In this document: positions 32,355-42,056 of the stretch, in pieces
Numbering within the stretch: the stretch's first letter is position 1
Layout of the letters: the number at the start of each line of letters is the position of its first letter
From: an uncultured Spirochaetota bacterium
GTDB taxonomy: Bacteria; Spirochaetota; Spirochaetia; SZUA-6; CAVTHK01
Reading direction: 5' to 3'
Length of the DNA stretch: 64,000 nt
NCBI GenBank assembly: GCA_963734495.1
Contig: CAVTHK010000007.1
Coordinates: 160,001 to 224,000 of the forward strand
The notes under the pieces: model-generated
Database searches by the model: none
Told to the model about the DNA's origin: nothing
Seen by the model: the letters and a program-made list of their open reading frames with translations, nothing else
Program-made: the position numbers and the translations under genes

Positions 32355-33764
32355 TCACCGCACGCTGAAACGGATCACGTGCCGGAGCCCGGGGCCGCGG
32401 GAGGTCTCGTAGGTGCCGTCGAGCTGGTTCTCGACGAGCCCCGCCACGAGCTGCAGCCCGAGCCCGCCGCCCGAGACCATCTCCGCGGGCAGGCCCGGAC
32501 CGTCGTCGGACACGGAAAGCTCGACGATGCCCGACCCGGCAATGCGGGCAGCAACGCGCACCCGGGCCCTGCCGCCCGCAGGGGCCGCGAACCGCACTGC
32601 GTTCGAGATCAGCTCGTTAAGGATCAGACCGCAGGGAACGGCCAGCGCAGTCGACAGCTCCACCGGCTCCAGGTCCGTCACGATCTCCGCGCGGTCGCGC
32701 CCATAGAGCTCCAGCAGCATCTCGATCAGGCTGGCAAGGTAGGTGGCGAGGTCGATAGTGGCCAGGCTCTCCGCCTTGTACAGCGCGTCGTGCACGAGCG
32801 TCATGGCGCCGATCCGGCTCTCGCTGGCCTTGACTGCCTCGGCGAACCGGGGATCCCCGGAAAGCCTGGCCTGCAGATTCAGGAGGCTCGAGACGAGCTG
32901 CATGTTGTTCTTGACGCGGTGATAGGCCTCGCGAAGCAGTATGTCCTTCTCCCGCAGCGAAGCGAGCAGCCGGTCTTCGGCTTCCCGCCGGACCGTGATG
33001 TCGTCCAGGATGGCCACCAGGGCCGCTTCTTCTTCGTCCTCCACATGCAGGACGTCCATGGTCAGTCGCCGGCCGCGCACGTAGAGAGGGTCCCGCCGGG
33101 TGAGAGCGAGCGCCTCTCCAGGCGCCGCTTGCAGCAGCGCCTCGACCTCCGACCTCGCCTCTCCCGCAAACAGGCGGGGAAAGCTCGTCGCCAGCAGCGA
33201 TGCCTCCGGCGCGCCGAACAGCCGCTCCGCCGCCGGGTTCGCCGAGACGATCCTCCCGTCCGGAGCCATCTCGACCACGCCTTCGCTCAGTGCCGTCAGG
33301 ATGGCGCGGCGGTGCCTGGCCGACCTCAGCAGCTCGGACGAGATCTCGCGGCGGTAGACGCCCTCCAGGCCCAGGATGCCGTGCGGGCGGACGCCTGCCG
33401 CGAGACCCGCCAGCACCGACAGCACGTACTGCCGCATCGCGGGGAGGGGGCCCTTCGCGATGCACGCATCGGCGTCGGCGACTTCGGCCTCCTCGCCCTC
33501 CTCGGCGGCCACGGCCGACAGGATCACGACGCAGCAGTGCGAGAGGGCCGGGCGCCTGCGGATGATGCCGGCGAGCTGCCGCCCGTCGATGTAGGGCATG
33601 ACGAGGTCGAGAAATATGACGTCGGGGACGAACGCTTCGAGGCGCGAAAGGGCCTCCAGACCGTTTTCCGCCGTCACGACCTCGCATCCCTCGGGCTCCA
33701 GCACCTTCCGCATGAAGTCGAGGATCATCGGGTGGTTGTCGACGACGAGGACTTTCGTTGGCAC
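32355..33764 (-). CDS. Cytoplasmic hybrid histidine kinase (REC-PAS-HisKA_2-HATPase)
   Basis: REC (LDLVMP), PAS (ANPAAERLFG), HRVKNNMQ H-box, NELISNA, DDGPG, GLGL. Confidence 0.92.
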   Translation of the reverse strand: MPTKVLVVDNHPMILDFMRKVLEPEGCEVVTAENGLEALSRLEAFVPDVIFLDLVMPYIDGRQLAGIIRRRPALSHCCVVILSAVAAEEGEEAEVADADACIAKGPLPAMRQYVLSVLAGLAAGVRPHGILGLEGVYRREISSELLRSARHRRAILTALSEGVVEMAPDGRIVSANPAAERLFGAPEASLLATSFPRLFAGEARSEVEALLQAAPGEALALTRRDPLYVRGRRLTMDVLHVEDEEEAALVAILDDITVRREAEDRLLASLREKDILLREAYHRVKNNMQLVSSLLNLQARLSGDPRFAEAVKASESRIGAMTLVHDALYKAESLATIDLATYLASLIEMLLELYGRDRAEIVTDLEPVELSTALAVPCGLILNELISNAVRFAAPAGGRARVRVAARIAGSGIVELSVSDDGPGLPAEMVSGGGLGLQLVAGLVENQLDGTYETSRGPGLRHVIRFSVR

Positions 33765-33870
33765 CGCAGCCCCTCCGCTCACAACTGTTCCCTATTATCG
33801 GCGGATGCGGGCGCGGGCTTCGACCGTACGGCGGCGCGCCGGGCCGCTACCGGCTGCAGGGATGACCCGA

Positions 33871-34257
33871 TCAGGCCGGCGGCAGCTCCTCCATCAACGT
33901 CGCCCGCACAGCGCCGAGGAATTGCTGCGCTCCGAACGGCTTCGACAGGGCATGGTGCACGCCCTCCTGCCTGAGAGCCCGCCGGAGCTCGACCGAGTCC
34001 GCCCCGAGGTATCCCGAAATCGCGATGATCGCCAGGTTCGGGCGAAGCCGTCGACAGGCCTTCACGACATCCAGACCCGACACTCCGCCGAGGCTGATGT
34101 CGACGACCATGAGTGCCAGAGGGAACTCATCCTGGAGAGTGTTCATCGCCTCGTGTCCGTTGGCCGCCGTCACCACCTGATGGCCCGCAGACTCGAGCAG
34201 GCTCCCGACGAGCTGGCGGATGACAACCTCGTCATCCACCACGAGACTTCGCAACAT
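33871..34257 (-). CDS. Single-domain response regulator
   Basis: LVVDDE, VDISL, ISG, KPF. Confidence 0.9.
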   Translation of the reverse strand: MLRSLVVDDEVVIRQLVGSLLESAGHQVVTAANGHEAMNTLQDEFPLALMVVDISLGGVSGLDVVKACRRLRPNLAIIAISGYLGADSVELRRALRQEGVHHALSKPFGAQQFLGAVRATLMEELPPA

Positions 34258-34491
34258 ATTCCCTATTATAGACTTCGTGGAGATTCCAAACAATCGCATT
34301 CGCAGGCTCGAGCCGGGTACGTCAGGTATGAAGACAGGGGCCAGATGATGCGGATCGCGGGCATCATGATCGGTATAGCCCTTCTCTCCGCGCTTCCAGT
34401 CTTCATCGGGGTGGCGTCCCGTCGATGAGTACAATGCGCATCTCGCAGCGCGCCTCGGGCTGAGCGGCCGATGATGCCCGTGCTCGGGCAA

Positions 34492-34533
34492 TAGAAAAGG
34501 CCGATGAGCTAATTGGTTGTCTCATCGGCCTTT
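34492..34533 (-). terminator. Rho-independent terminator downstream of tRNA-Val
   Basis: AAAGGCCGATGAG / CTCATCGGCCTTT inverted repeat, running into TTTTCTATT on the minus strand. Confidence 0.8.
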
Positions 34534-34538
34534 ATTCC

Positions 34539-34612
34539 TGGGCGGCACTGGACTCGAACCAGCGACCCCTAGCTTGTCGAGCTAGTGCTCTAACCAGCTG
34601 AGCTAGCCGCCC
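34539..34612 (-). tRNA. tRNA-Val(GAC), CCA not encoded
   Basis: GGGCGGC acceptor stem, D arm GCTC-AGCTGGTTA-GAGC, anticodon stem CTAGC/GCTAG with loop TCGACAA, T loop TTCGAGT. Confidence 0.95.
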
Positions 34613-34623
34613 GGCGCGCGCCG

Positions 34624-34653
34624 ATACTAATATCGGAGGCACGCGCTTGTCAA
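34624..34653 (-). promoter_or_regulatory. sigma70 promoter of tRNA-Val
   Basis: TTGACA-18-TAGTAT on the minus strand, followed by a GC-rich discriminator-like stretch. Confidence 0.7.
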
Positions 34654-34731
34654 CGCGCGCAACGCGGTTTCGCAGCGCCGGCCCTTGCCGGGCCGATTCC
34701 GCGGCCTGACAATAGGATGGGAACGTCGCCC

Positions 34732-35431
34732 ATGGTCTGTCTCGTCGTCGAACACTCGCCCGAAGTCCGCGAAGGTCTCTGCCTTCTGCTCCTCGAGTTC
34801 GGCATCCTCGGTGTGCCGGCAGCCGACAGGTCGGAAGCGGAGTCAATAATGAAGGCACGCTCGGACGTCAAGACCGCGATCGTGGACGTCGACAACCGCG
34901 GCGTGGACGCGGCGCGGCTGCTCGCCGAGCTGCGCCGCCGCGGGGTCAGGGCCATCGCGCACTCGGTCAAGCGCGAGCAGGACCAGCACGCTCCGCTCGC
35001 TCGTCGACGGAGTGCTGCTCAAGCCGTTCGACGAGGTTCAGACGGGAGCGGCCTTCAGGGGGCTCCTGGGGAAGCCGGCCTTCGCTTCAGGCGAAAAGCG
35101 GCAACACATGCGGGTGGCCCCCGAGCCTTCGGAGCTCCTGCGGGCGAGCTTCCGCATCACCGCCAGCTCGCGGCTCTACAGCGGGAGGGTGCGAAACATC
35201 AGCGTCGGGGGCGCCGCGATCGAAATCTATAGGGCCCCCCCGGACGCGGCGATCGGCGCGGGATGGCGCATTCCGCGGCTCGAGTTCAACCTCGGCGCCA
35301 CGCCCCTCGCGCCCGCGGCAGTGGTCATCCTCTACCGGCGAAGGCTGATCGCCGTGCGCTTCGAGAGCATGGGCCGCGGCGACCGCAACGCTCTGGCCCG
35401 CTACGTGTACGACAAACTGACCGCGACCTGA
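34732..35431 (+). CDS. Receiver-like + PilZ domain protein; frameshift near 34990-35010
   Basis: REC-like N-terminus (LVVEHS, IVDVD, LKPF); intact PilZ c-di-GMP motifs RQHMR and NISVGG. Confidence 0.8.
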
Positions 35432-35463
35432 CGGCGCGGTACACTTGCATCGGGAGGTCTCGC

Positions 35464-36615
35464 ATGCGTCTGTTCCGCGGAACGCACTGGGTGTGTCTGC
35501 TCGGCCTGGCGTCGGCCCTGCGGGCAGCGGCCGCCGGCGTGGAAGTGCCCTCGCTGGAGCTCTATACGCGGGGCACCGCCGACTCGGGGACCGTCGTACT
35601 GCAGACGGAAGGCGAGATGGACCTCGCCATCAGCGGCGGCGTCAAGTTCGGCGGCGACATCACGCTCGGGTTCACCTCTCAGAATCTCGAGCAGGAGGTC
35701 CCCGAGCGCCTGTTCCTCGGGGGGAGCACCGGGATCGGGCTCACCTTCAGGTCCGCCAGCGTCACTATCCGGGACATCTTCTCGAGTCCCGTCGCGTTCA
35801 CCTATTTCGTCGGGGAGGGCGACGAGCTGGGGTCCGGAACGGCGTTCAGCGACGTGTTCGGCAGTGCGCCCGTCGCGACACAGTACCGCGGATTCCTCTA
35901 CTTCCCCGACTCGTGGCGGCGCTACGACAGCATCCACGCCGTGGCCGGCACCGGAATGAAGCTGGCGCTGCGGCCGGCCGGCAGCAGGTACTATCTCGCG
36001 CTCTACGCGTACCAGGACGGCTACTTCTACGACACCATCGCGCCCGGCACGATCGAGTTCGAGCCCGGCCGCTACTCCGTGGACATCCACTCCCTGGCGA
36101 ACTTCGGGAAGGTCAAGCTCGAGGCGTTCCTCGGTGCCACCGCGCCGGTGTCGGACTACGGCTACTACCGGGGCGGCGTCCTCTTCCACGCCGCCGACAA
36201 GGGCGGTGAGTTCCTCGCGGAGGCGGGCGTGCCGCAGTGGGACCCCGCCCACTTCTCGGGCGGGCTCGACCTCTTCTTCATTCTCTTCGAGGCGCGCATC
36301 TACCTCGGGCTCGTGAGCCTCGTGCCGACCGTATTCCTTCACCCTGGCTATTATCTGCAGAACCCCACGAACGAGGCGGGCCTCGTGGACTTCAACGTGA
36401 GCCTGCGCGTGGGCGATCGCTCGGGCTCGCTGGTGAGCGGAGGGCTGGAATCCAACATCGCCTTCAAGAAGGAGGATCTCCAGGACCTGGAGATCAAGCT
36501 CGCGCCGTTCCTCAGCGCGGCCACCGCGGGTGCTGTCTGGCAGCTCAAGGTGAACGTGCAGGTGTTCCCCTCGATGGATTTCGAGGCATTCGTCGGCGTC
36601 AAGGCGGAGTTCTAG
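35464..36615 (+). CDS. Hypothetical exported protein, probable outer-membrane beta-barrel
   Basis: GGGAGG RBS, signal peptide, amphipathic aromatic-rich strands, C-terminal FVGVKAEF beta-signal. Confidence 0.72.
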   Translation: MRLFRGTHWVCLLGLASALRAAAAGVEVPSLELYTRGTADSGTVVLQTEGEMDLAISGGVKFGGDITLGFTSQNLEQEVPERLFLGGSTGIGLTFRSASVTIRDIFSSPVAFTYFVGEGDELGSGTAFSDVFGSAPVATQYRGFLYFPDSWRRYDSIHAVAGTGMKLALRPAGSRYYLALYAYQDGYFYDTIAPGTIEFEPGRYSVDIHSLANFGKVKLEAFLGATAPVSDYGYYRGGVLFHAADKGGEFLAEAGVPQWDPAHFSGGLDLFFILFEARIYLGLVSLVPTVFLHPGYYLQNPTNEAGLVDFNVSLRVGDRSGSLVSGGLESNIAFKKEDLQDLEIKLAPFLSAATAGAVWQLKVNVQVFPSMDFEAFVGVKAEF

Positions 36616-36617
36616 GA

Positions 36618-37514
36618 ATGACAGCTCGATCTTTGTGCGCGCTGCTCGCCGTCGCAATCGCGATGCCGGCAGCCGGGGCCCTCGAAGTGACCGCGACGTA
36701 CCGCATCGAGAACCTCGCGTTCAAGAGCGACCGCGAGGCGACCGACACCTCGTTCTCGGGGAACAAGTTCCCCATGGGGTTCTCGCTCGGGATCACGGAC
36801 ACGACCCGGCAGGACCTCTCGGTCGAGGCGGTGTACATGTACGACGAGGTGCTGCGCAACATCCTCACGGGGCTGGTGACTTATCACGGTAACATGTTCA
36901 GCTTCGGCGTCGGGCCCTTTGTGGGCTTCCTGAACACAGACCAGCCCTGGCCCAAGGTGGGCGTGGCCTCGTTCTTCAAGGTCGAGTGGCCGGGCGCCGT
37001 CTTCGTGCAGCTCTGGCTCGACAACTCGACCGCCAACCGCCTCTCCAGCGAAGGCGACTACCTGCAGGAGAGGAACAACGTCTCGCTCGGCTTCTATGTT
37101 CCCAACGCGATCTGCTCGCTCAATCTCCTGAACCGGCGATTCGCCGAGCAGACGGCGACCGCCGAGGTGACCGACACGCTGACGGAGTACTCGTTCGTCG
37201 CCGATATCTTTCACAAGAACGTCCCGTTCAAGACCGTCCTGACCTTCGGCCTGCAGAGGCTGTCGCGCGAATGGGACGAGGCGGCGGGCACGAAGACCAC
37301 GCAGACGCTCTACTCGTGCATTCTCGGCACGCGGTTCGACATGCACCTGTCGCGGTCCGTGGCGATGATGATCGACCTCGACAGCAGCATCTACACCTTC
37401 GGGGAGGACGACCTGCTCGGCATCTCCAACCCCGGGACCTACCTCTTCAGGGCAGTCGCCGGCGTGACCGTCGACGTGAGCGGCCTCCTCGCCCCCGCCG
37501 CCTCCCCCCGGTAG
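36618..37514 (+). CDS. Hypothetical exported protein, beta-strand rich (possible barrel)
   Basis: Signal peptide MTARSLCALLAVAIAMPAAGA; alternating hydrophobic strands. Confidence 0.68.
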   Translation: MTARSLCALLAVAIAMPAAGALEVTATYRIENLAFKSDREATDTSFSGNKFPMGFSLGITDTTRQDLSVEAVYMYDEVLRNILTGLVTYHGNMFSFGVGPFVGFLNTDQPWPKVGVASFFKVEWPGAVFVQLWLDNSTANRLSSEGDYLQERNNVSLGFYVPNAICSLNLLNRRFAEQTATAEVTDTLTEYSFVADIFHKNVPFKTVLTFGLQRLSREWDEAAGTKTTQTLYSCILGTRFDMHLSRSVAMMIDLDSSIYTFGEDDLLGISNPGTYLFRAVAGVTVDVSGLLAPAASPR

Positions 37515-37532
37515 GCGGGCCCGGCCGCGGGC

Positions 37533-37568
37533 AAAAAGAAAGGGCCCCTCGCTGGAGGGGCCCTCTTC
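37533..37568 (-). terminator. Rho-independent terminator of flaA (probably bidirectional)
   Basis: AGGGCCCCTC-GCTG-GAGGGGCCCT stem followed by TTCTTTTT on the minus strand. Confidence 0.85.
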
Positions 37569-37592
37569 GTTATCGGCTGATACCGCCGCGTG

Positions 37593-38666
37593 TCACTTGG
37601 CGGGGGTCGTGGGAGCCGTCTCCCCGGACCGCAGGATCGTCTTGTCCTGCTTCTGCTGCTCGAGGAAGCGCAGCACCTGCACGTTGCCGAGCCGCTTGGC
37701 TTCGGCCTTTTTGCGCGCCTCCTCGCGATCGGCGAGAATCCCCCAGGCGGCTTCGTCGTCGATGTCGCGCGTCGGCGTGATGACGGCCTTGTCGTAGGTG
37801 ACCTCGACGTCCTTGAAGTAGGTCACGAAGTCGCCGCCGAGCGTCGCCCCGTCACGGTACAGGATGATCCCCATGAACTTGACGTAGGGATCGGCCTGCG
37901 GGTAGAGGGGCAGGAGCCTCAGCTCCCGGTTGCGCACGTCCCAGACGTAGTTGGGGTTCTGCCAGACGATGTCCTTCCAGCCGTCGAAATTCAGGTAGCC
38001 TATGAAGATGTCGTTGATGTTGCCGCTCTGGTCCTTGAGCCGGATCGCGAACCCGTGCGGGTAGTTCGAGCCGTAGGCGCGGACCTTGATCTGCTTGATC
38101 GGGCCGACGTTCTTGAGCACGCCCTTGCCCTCGTACTTGTCGTTGCCGGTTACGTAGGCCGCATCGCCCTTTTTCGCGTTGCTCTTCTGGTTGAGGGCCG
38201 CGATTTCCGCGGCGGAGAGATCCTGCACCTGCGGCTTCGCGTTGGCCACGTACTTGGTGGGCGTGGCATACGCCGGGATCTCGAAGGGCGGCTTGATGAG
38301 GGCGTAGGAGTTGAAGGCGCCCTCGGGGAACTTGATGCGGGCCCCGAGCACGACGCCGAACTGCGTGCTCTTCACGGGCTGAGTCATGGTGAACGCCATG
38401 GTGCTCGACGTGCGCGAAGAAGAAGCGAGCTCGACGTCCCAGTCGCCGATGGCGAGCGAAGACAGCATCAAGGCCTTCTCTTCGGCCGTATAGCTCGCGC
38501 CGGCCTCTGAGCTGAAGTCCAACAGCGTCGACTGGTCCTCCAGCCTCCCGCCGACCGTGAGGTCGCCCCCGAGGGCGGAAAAATCGATCAGCGTCTGGGT
38601 GTCTGCGAACGCAAACGCTCCGCAGAGCAGGAGGACAAGCACTATCCCAAACCGCCAGCTCTTCAT
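37593..38666 (-). CDS. flaA: Periplasmic flagellar filament sheath protein FlaA
   Basis: Signal peptide; LIDFS, WDVELASS, LGARIKFP, IKPPFEIPAY, GVLKNVG, GYLNFDGWK..WQNPNY, VTYDKA. Confidence 0.95.
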   Translation of the reverse strand: MKSWRFGIVLVLLLCGAFAFADTQTLIDFSALGGDLTVGGRLEDQSTLLDFSSEAGASYTAEEKALMLSSLAIGDWDVELASSSRTSSTMAFTMTQPVKSTQFGVVLGARIKFPEGAFNSYALIKPPFEIPAYATPTKYVANAKPQVQDLSAAEIAALNQKSNAKKGDAAYVTGNDKYEGKGVLKNVGPIKQIKVRAYGSNYPHGFAIRLKDQSGNINDIFIGYLNFDGWKDIVWQNPNYVWDVRNRELRLLPLYPQADPYVKFMGIILYRDGATLGGDFVTYFKDVEVTYDKAVITPTRDIDDEAAWGILADREEARKKAEAKRLGNVQVLRFLEQQKQDKTILRSGETAPTTPAK

Positions 38667-38706
38667 GCACTGCTCCTTCCGCTATGTTATCTGAGTATCA
38701 GACAGA

Positions 38707-38734
38707 ATTATATCGTGGCCATTCGCTTTGTCAA
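38707..38734 (-). promoter_or_regulatory. Consensus sigma70 promoter of flaA
   Basis: TTGACA (38734-38729), 16-nt spacer, TATAAT (38712-38707). Confidence 0.85.
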
Positions 38735-38883
38735 ACGATTTTTGCTGATTTTGCACTGTCTTTCGTGACGCCGCGCGCATCGACGACAGAGTCGCCCGCG
38801 GGTGCTATGCCGCGCGCAACGAGAGCGAGGCCGCGCTCGAGGACGAGGCCGTCGCACGGCGGGAATGCAGCGGCGGATTCTGT

Positions 38884-39426
38884 CTACTGCCCGACGAGCT
38901 CCGATCGGGGGACTCCCGCGCCGAAATCGTACGCAGGGTTCCCGGTCGTGGGCGAAAAGTCCGGCGCCTGGCCGTCGATGAACACGAAGGCTTTTCGCAC
39001 GGCGGGGAAGTTGAAGTAGATCGTGTCCGCGATCGCCTGCACCTGAACCTCGGGAGGCACGACGGACCCCTCGGCGAGCAGGCCGGCGGTGAGGTTGACA
39101 TACACGGTGCTGCCCGCGGCGGCGACTCCGAGAAGCCGCGTCCCCGGGGCGGCGAGCGCCATGTTGTCGGGATCTTCGGGGCCGAGGAGCAGCTCCTCCA
39201 CGAGGCCGGCGACGCGCGCTTCCATGCCGCGGCGCGCCGGCACGAGCCTCTCCTCTCCCGCATAACGCACCTTCTGCGCCGGCGGGCGCCCCGTCAGCCG
39301 GGGGAAGAAGAAGGTGCGGCGCACGCGGTCGGGGGACACGAAGTACGCCGCGGCCGACACGAGAAGCGCCAGCAGCAGCACGCAGGCGGCCACGAACGAG
39401 GGGTGCCTGTAGGGTATCTCTCTCAC
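38884..39426 (-). CDS. GerMN domain membrane-anchored protein
   Basis: N-terminal TM helix; VEELLLGP, VYVNLT, VFIDG. Confidence 0.8.
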   Translation of the reverse strand: MREIPYRHPSFVAACVLLLALLVSAAAYFVSPDRVRRTFFFPRLTGRPPAQKVRYAGEERLVPARRGMEARVAGLVEELLLGPEDPDNMALAAPGTRLLGVAAAGSTVYVNLTAGLLAEGSVVPPEVQVQAIADTIYFNFPAVRKAFVFIDGQAPDFSPTTGNPAYDFGAGVPRSELVGQ

Positions 39427-40505
39427 GGGGTCCTGGTGAATCCTTTCGACGACTCGAAACGCACGATGAAGCGCTCGATGCCATTATATATGCCGGTGGC
39501 GAGATGCAGCAAGTATTCCGGGTCGCGCAGCCTCGGGCCCTCTTCCGGATGAGTGATGAAGCCGAGCTCGATCAGGACGGCGGGCATCTTCGAGTTGCGC
39601 ACCACGAACCAGGACTCCGCCTTGAGCCCGCGGTTCTCGCTCACGTCGCCGACCTGCTCCTGGAGGCCCTGCGCGATGTCCCTCGCGAGGATCACGCTCT
39701 CGGTCAGGTACTCGGCCTCGAGCATGCTGCTGAGGATCGGCACGATCTCCTTGGACTCGGCGCCGGTCCTGTCGCTCAGGTCCCTCTTGAAGTCGGGGGG
39801 CAGGTACCAGACCTCGAACCCTTTCGGCCGGGGCACGAGCGCCGCGTTGACGTGAAGAGACACGAAGATGATCGCCTCGCCCTCGCGGACCGGCACCTCG
39901 TTCGCCTGCCGCGTCCGCTCTTCGAGCGACACGTACGTGTCGTCGGAGCGCGTGAGCTCGATCCGCTTGTCCGGGTACCTGCGGGCCAGCAGATCGCGGA
40001 GGTCGCGGCCGACCGCCAGCACGACGTCCTTCTCCTGGATCGAGAGCGTCTTGCCGTCGGCCGTGTGCCGGCCGATCGCGCCGGGGTCCTTGCCGCCATG
40101 GCCCGGGTCGAGCAGGATCGCGGCGACGCGCGGGCCCGCCTCCGCCGGCTGGTCGAGGTGCCTGCGCGCGATCGCCGCGGTCTCCGCCGGGAGCCTCACC
40201 GCGCCCTGCTCGCGGAAGGGAGCGGGCGCCTCCACGCGCGAGCTCTGGTCGAGGATCAGGAACGGCTGGCCGACCTTGAAGACCACCTCCCGGTCGCCGC
40301 GCGTGATGCGGCCGATTTCCCGCAGCGGCTCCCAGTCCATCTGCGCGCCCGCATCGCGCAGCCAGCCGACGAGGTCTACGGCAGCGGCCGCGGCGGGAGC
40401 CGGGGCCGCGGGAGGGGTCGCCGCGGGATCGGCGGCCGCAGGCACGGCCGCCGCGAGGCCCGCCACGAGCGCGAGCAGCAGCAGCGGAGCGCACAGCCGC
40501 CTCAC
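39423..40505 (-). CDS. N-acetylmuramoyl-L-alanine amidase (Amidase_3)
   Basis: LDPGHGGKDPG, EKD, TRSDD, SLHVN, MPAVLIELGF; signal peptide. Confidence 0.93.
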   Translation of the reverse strand: MRRLCAPLLLLALVAGLAAAVPAAADPAATPPAAPAPAAAAAVDLVGWLRDAGAQMDWEPLREIGRITRGDREVVFKVGQPFLILDQSSRVEAPAPFREQGAVRLPAETAAIARRHLDQPAEAGPRVAAILLDPGHGGKDPGAIGRHTADGKTLSIQEKDVVLAVGRDLRDLLARRYPDKRIELTRSDDTYVSLEERTRQANEVPVREGEAIIFVSLHVNAALVPRPKGFEVWYLPPDFKRDLSDRTGAESKEIVPILSSMLEAEYLTESVILARDIAQGLQEQVGDVSENRGLKAESWFVVRNSKMPAVLIELGFITHPEEGPRLRDPEYLLHLATGIYNGIERFIVRFESSKGFTRTP

Positions 40506-42056
40506 GGGCGGCCTCCCCCGGCCTTGCGGAAGGTCTCCACGGCCCAGACCCCGCCCTGCACGCCGCCCTTGAGCAGCGCGCGCCAGAAGCGCCCGCCGAG
40601 CAGCGGCCCGCCGCTCGCCCGCACGCGGACGCGTGCGAGCGCGAGCGCTCGCTCGGCCGCTTCGCCGAGCCCCGCGCCGTGCCAGTCGCGGCAGGTCTCC
40701 GCCGCGGCTTCGGGAAACGGCAGGATTCCGACGTCGCCGCCCCCGGCGACGACGTCCGGCATGCGCGCGAGCGCGGCGCGGCTCGCCTCGGCCGCGAGCG
40801 AGAAGGCGGCAAAACCCCCGCATTCGGCGAGAAAGGCACGGGTGAGGCGGTTTGCAGGCTCCAGGCGCACGAAGACGGCGGCCGCGGCCCGCTCTGCCGC
40901 TCCGACCGCGTCTTCGCGCGACTCCGCGCAGGTGATGACGTTGCCGCACTTCTGCACGTTGTTCACGGGCAGCCGCACCTCGTCGCCGGGCCGCACGAGA
41001 ACGAACAGGTCACGCACCTCCGACGGAGCCCTCGCTTCGTCGAGGCCCTCGACCGCGGCGACCCGGCCCGGGATCGAGACGAACGCGCGCTCGGCCGACA
41101 CGCGGTCGAACCGGGGCGAAAGGCCGTTCGGCGGCCTTCCCATGGCGATCTCCAGGGCGGCCTCGGTGACTTCGACGCCCGAGGCGTACGGGTAGGTCCA
41201 GCCCGACATGTATCCGCCCGAAAGGCGGGCGGCGATCTCGCCCACCATCGCGCCCTGCGGAGTCACCTTGATGTCGCCTTTGGCCGCGCCGTTGTCGATG
41301 CCCAGCGCCGCGATGCCGCGCGCGAAGACGTCCACCGCTTCGGTGAGCAGCCGTGAATCGAGGGCGCTCGGCATGGTGTGCCCCATCTCGACGAAGTACG
41401 GCGGGAACGTGATGTGGCGGTCCGCGATGCCGCAGATCGTCACCCTGCCCTCGTGCACGATCGCGTCGAGGCTGAGCTCGGGTCCGCTCATGTACTGCTC
41501 GACGATGACGCGCGAGGCGCGCGATGCGGCCGCCGCGGCGGCGAAGGCCGCGGGGAGGGCCGGCTCGGATTCGACCACGCGCACGCCCCTCGCCCCCATG
41601 TTGTCCACGGGCTTGACGACGAGCGGATAGCCGATCCGCCGCCCGGCCGCGATCGGATCGTCGCGGCCGCTGCAGCCCGACGAACGCCGGCTGCGGAACC
41701 CGGACCCGGGCCAGGGTCTCCCTCATCAGCTGCTTGTCGCTCGCGGCCCGGGCCACCTCGGGACGAAGCCCGGGAAGGCCACAACGCTCGGCGACCACGG
41801 CGACCGACAGGGAGAAATCGGTGCCGGCGGTGAACACCCCGTCGAGGTCGCCGTGCCTGCGGCGCTCGAGCGCCATCGCCGCGAGCGCCTCACGATCTAC
41901 CAGGTCTATGTGAAAGAAGGCATCTGCCAGGGGCCGGCCCAGGCAGGCGGCGTTGCCGTCGGCGAGCAGGACGCGCCACCCGCGCCTGCGCGCGATGTTG
42001 ATCGCGGGAAGCTGCATCCTCCCGCCCCCGAGGATCAGAATGGTCTCAAGCCTCAC
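40502..42056 (-). CDS. ATP-grasp domain ligase; frameshift near 41640-41680
   Basis: ILGGGRMQLP, DKQLMRE, KPVDNMGARGV, EQYMSGPELS, EIAARLSGG. Confidence 0.85.

Noticed and set aside
32355-34539. Genomic island integrated at tRNA-Val
   Set aside because: The region is slightly more AT-rich, but I found no integrase and no duplicated tRNA 3' end.
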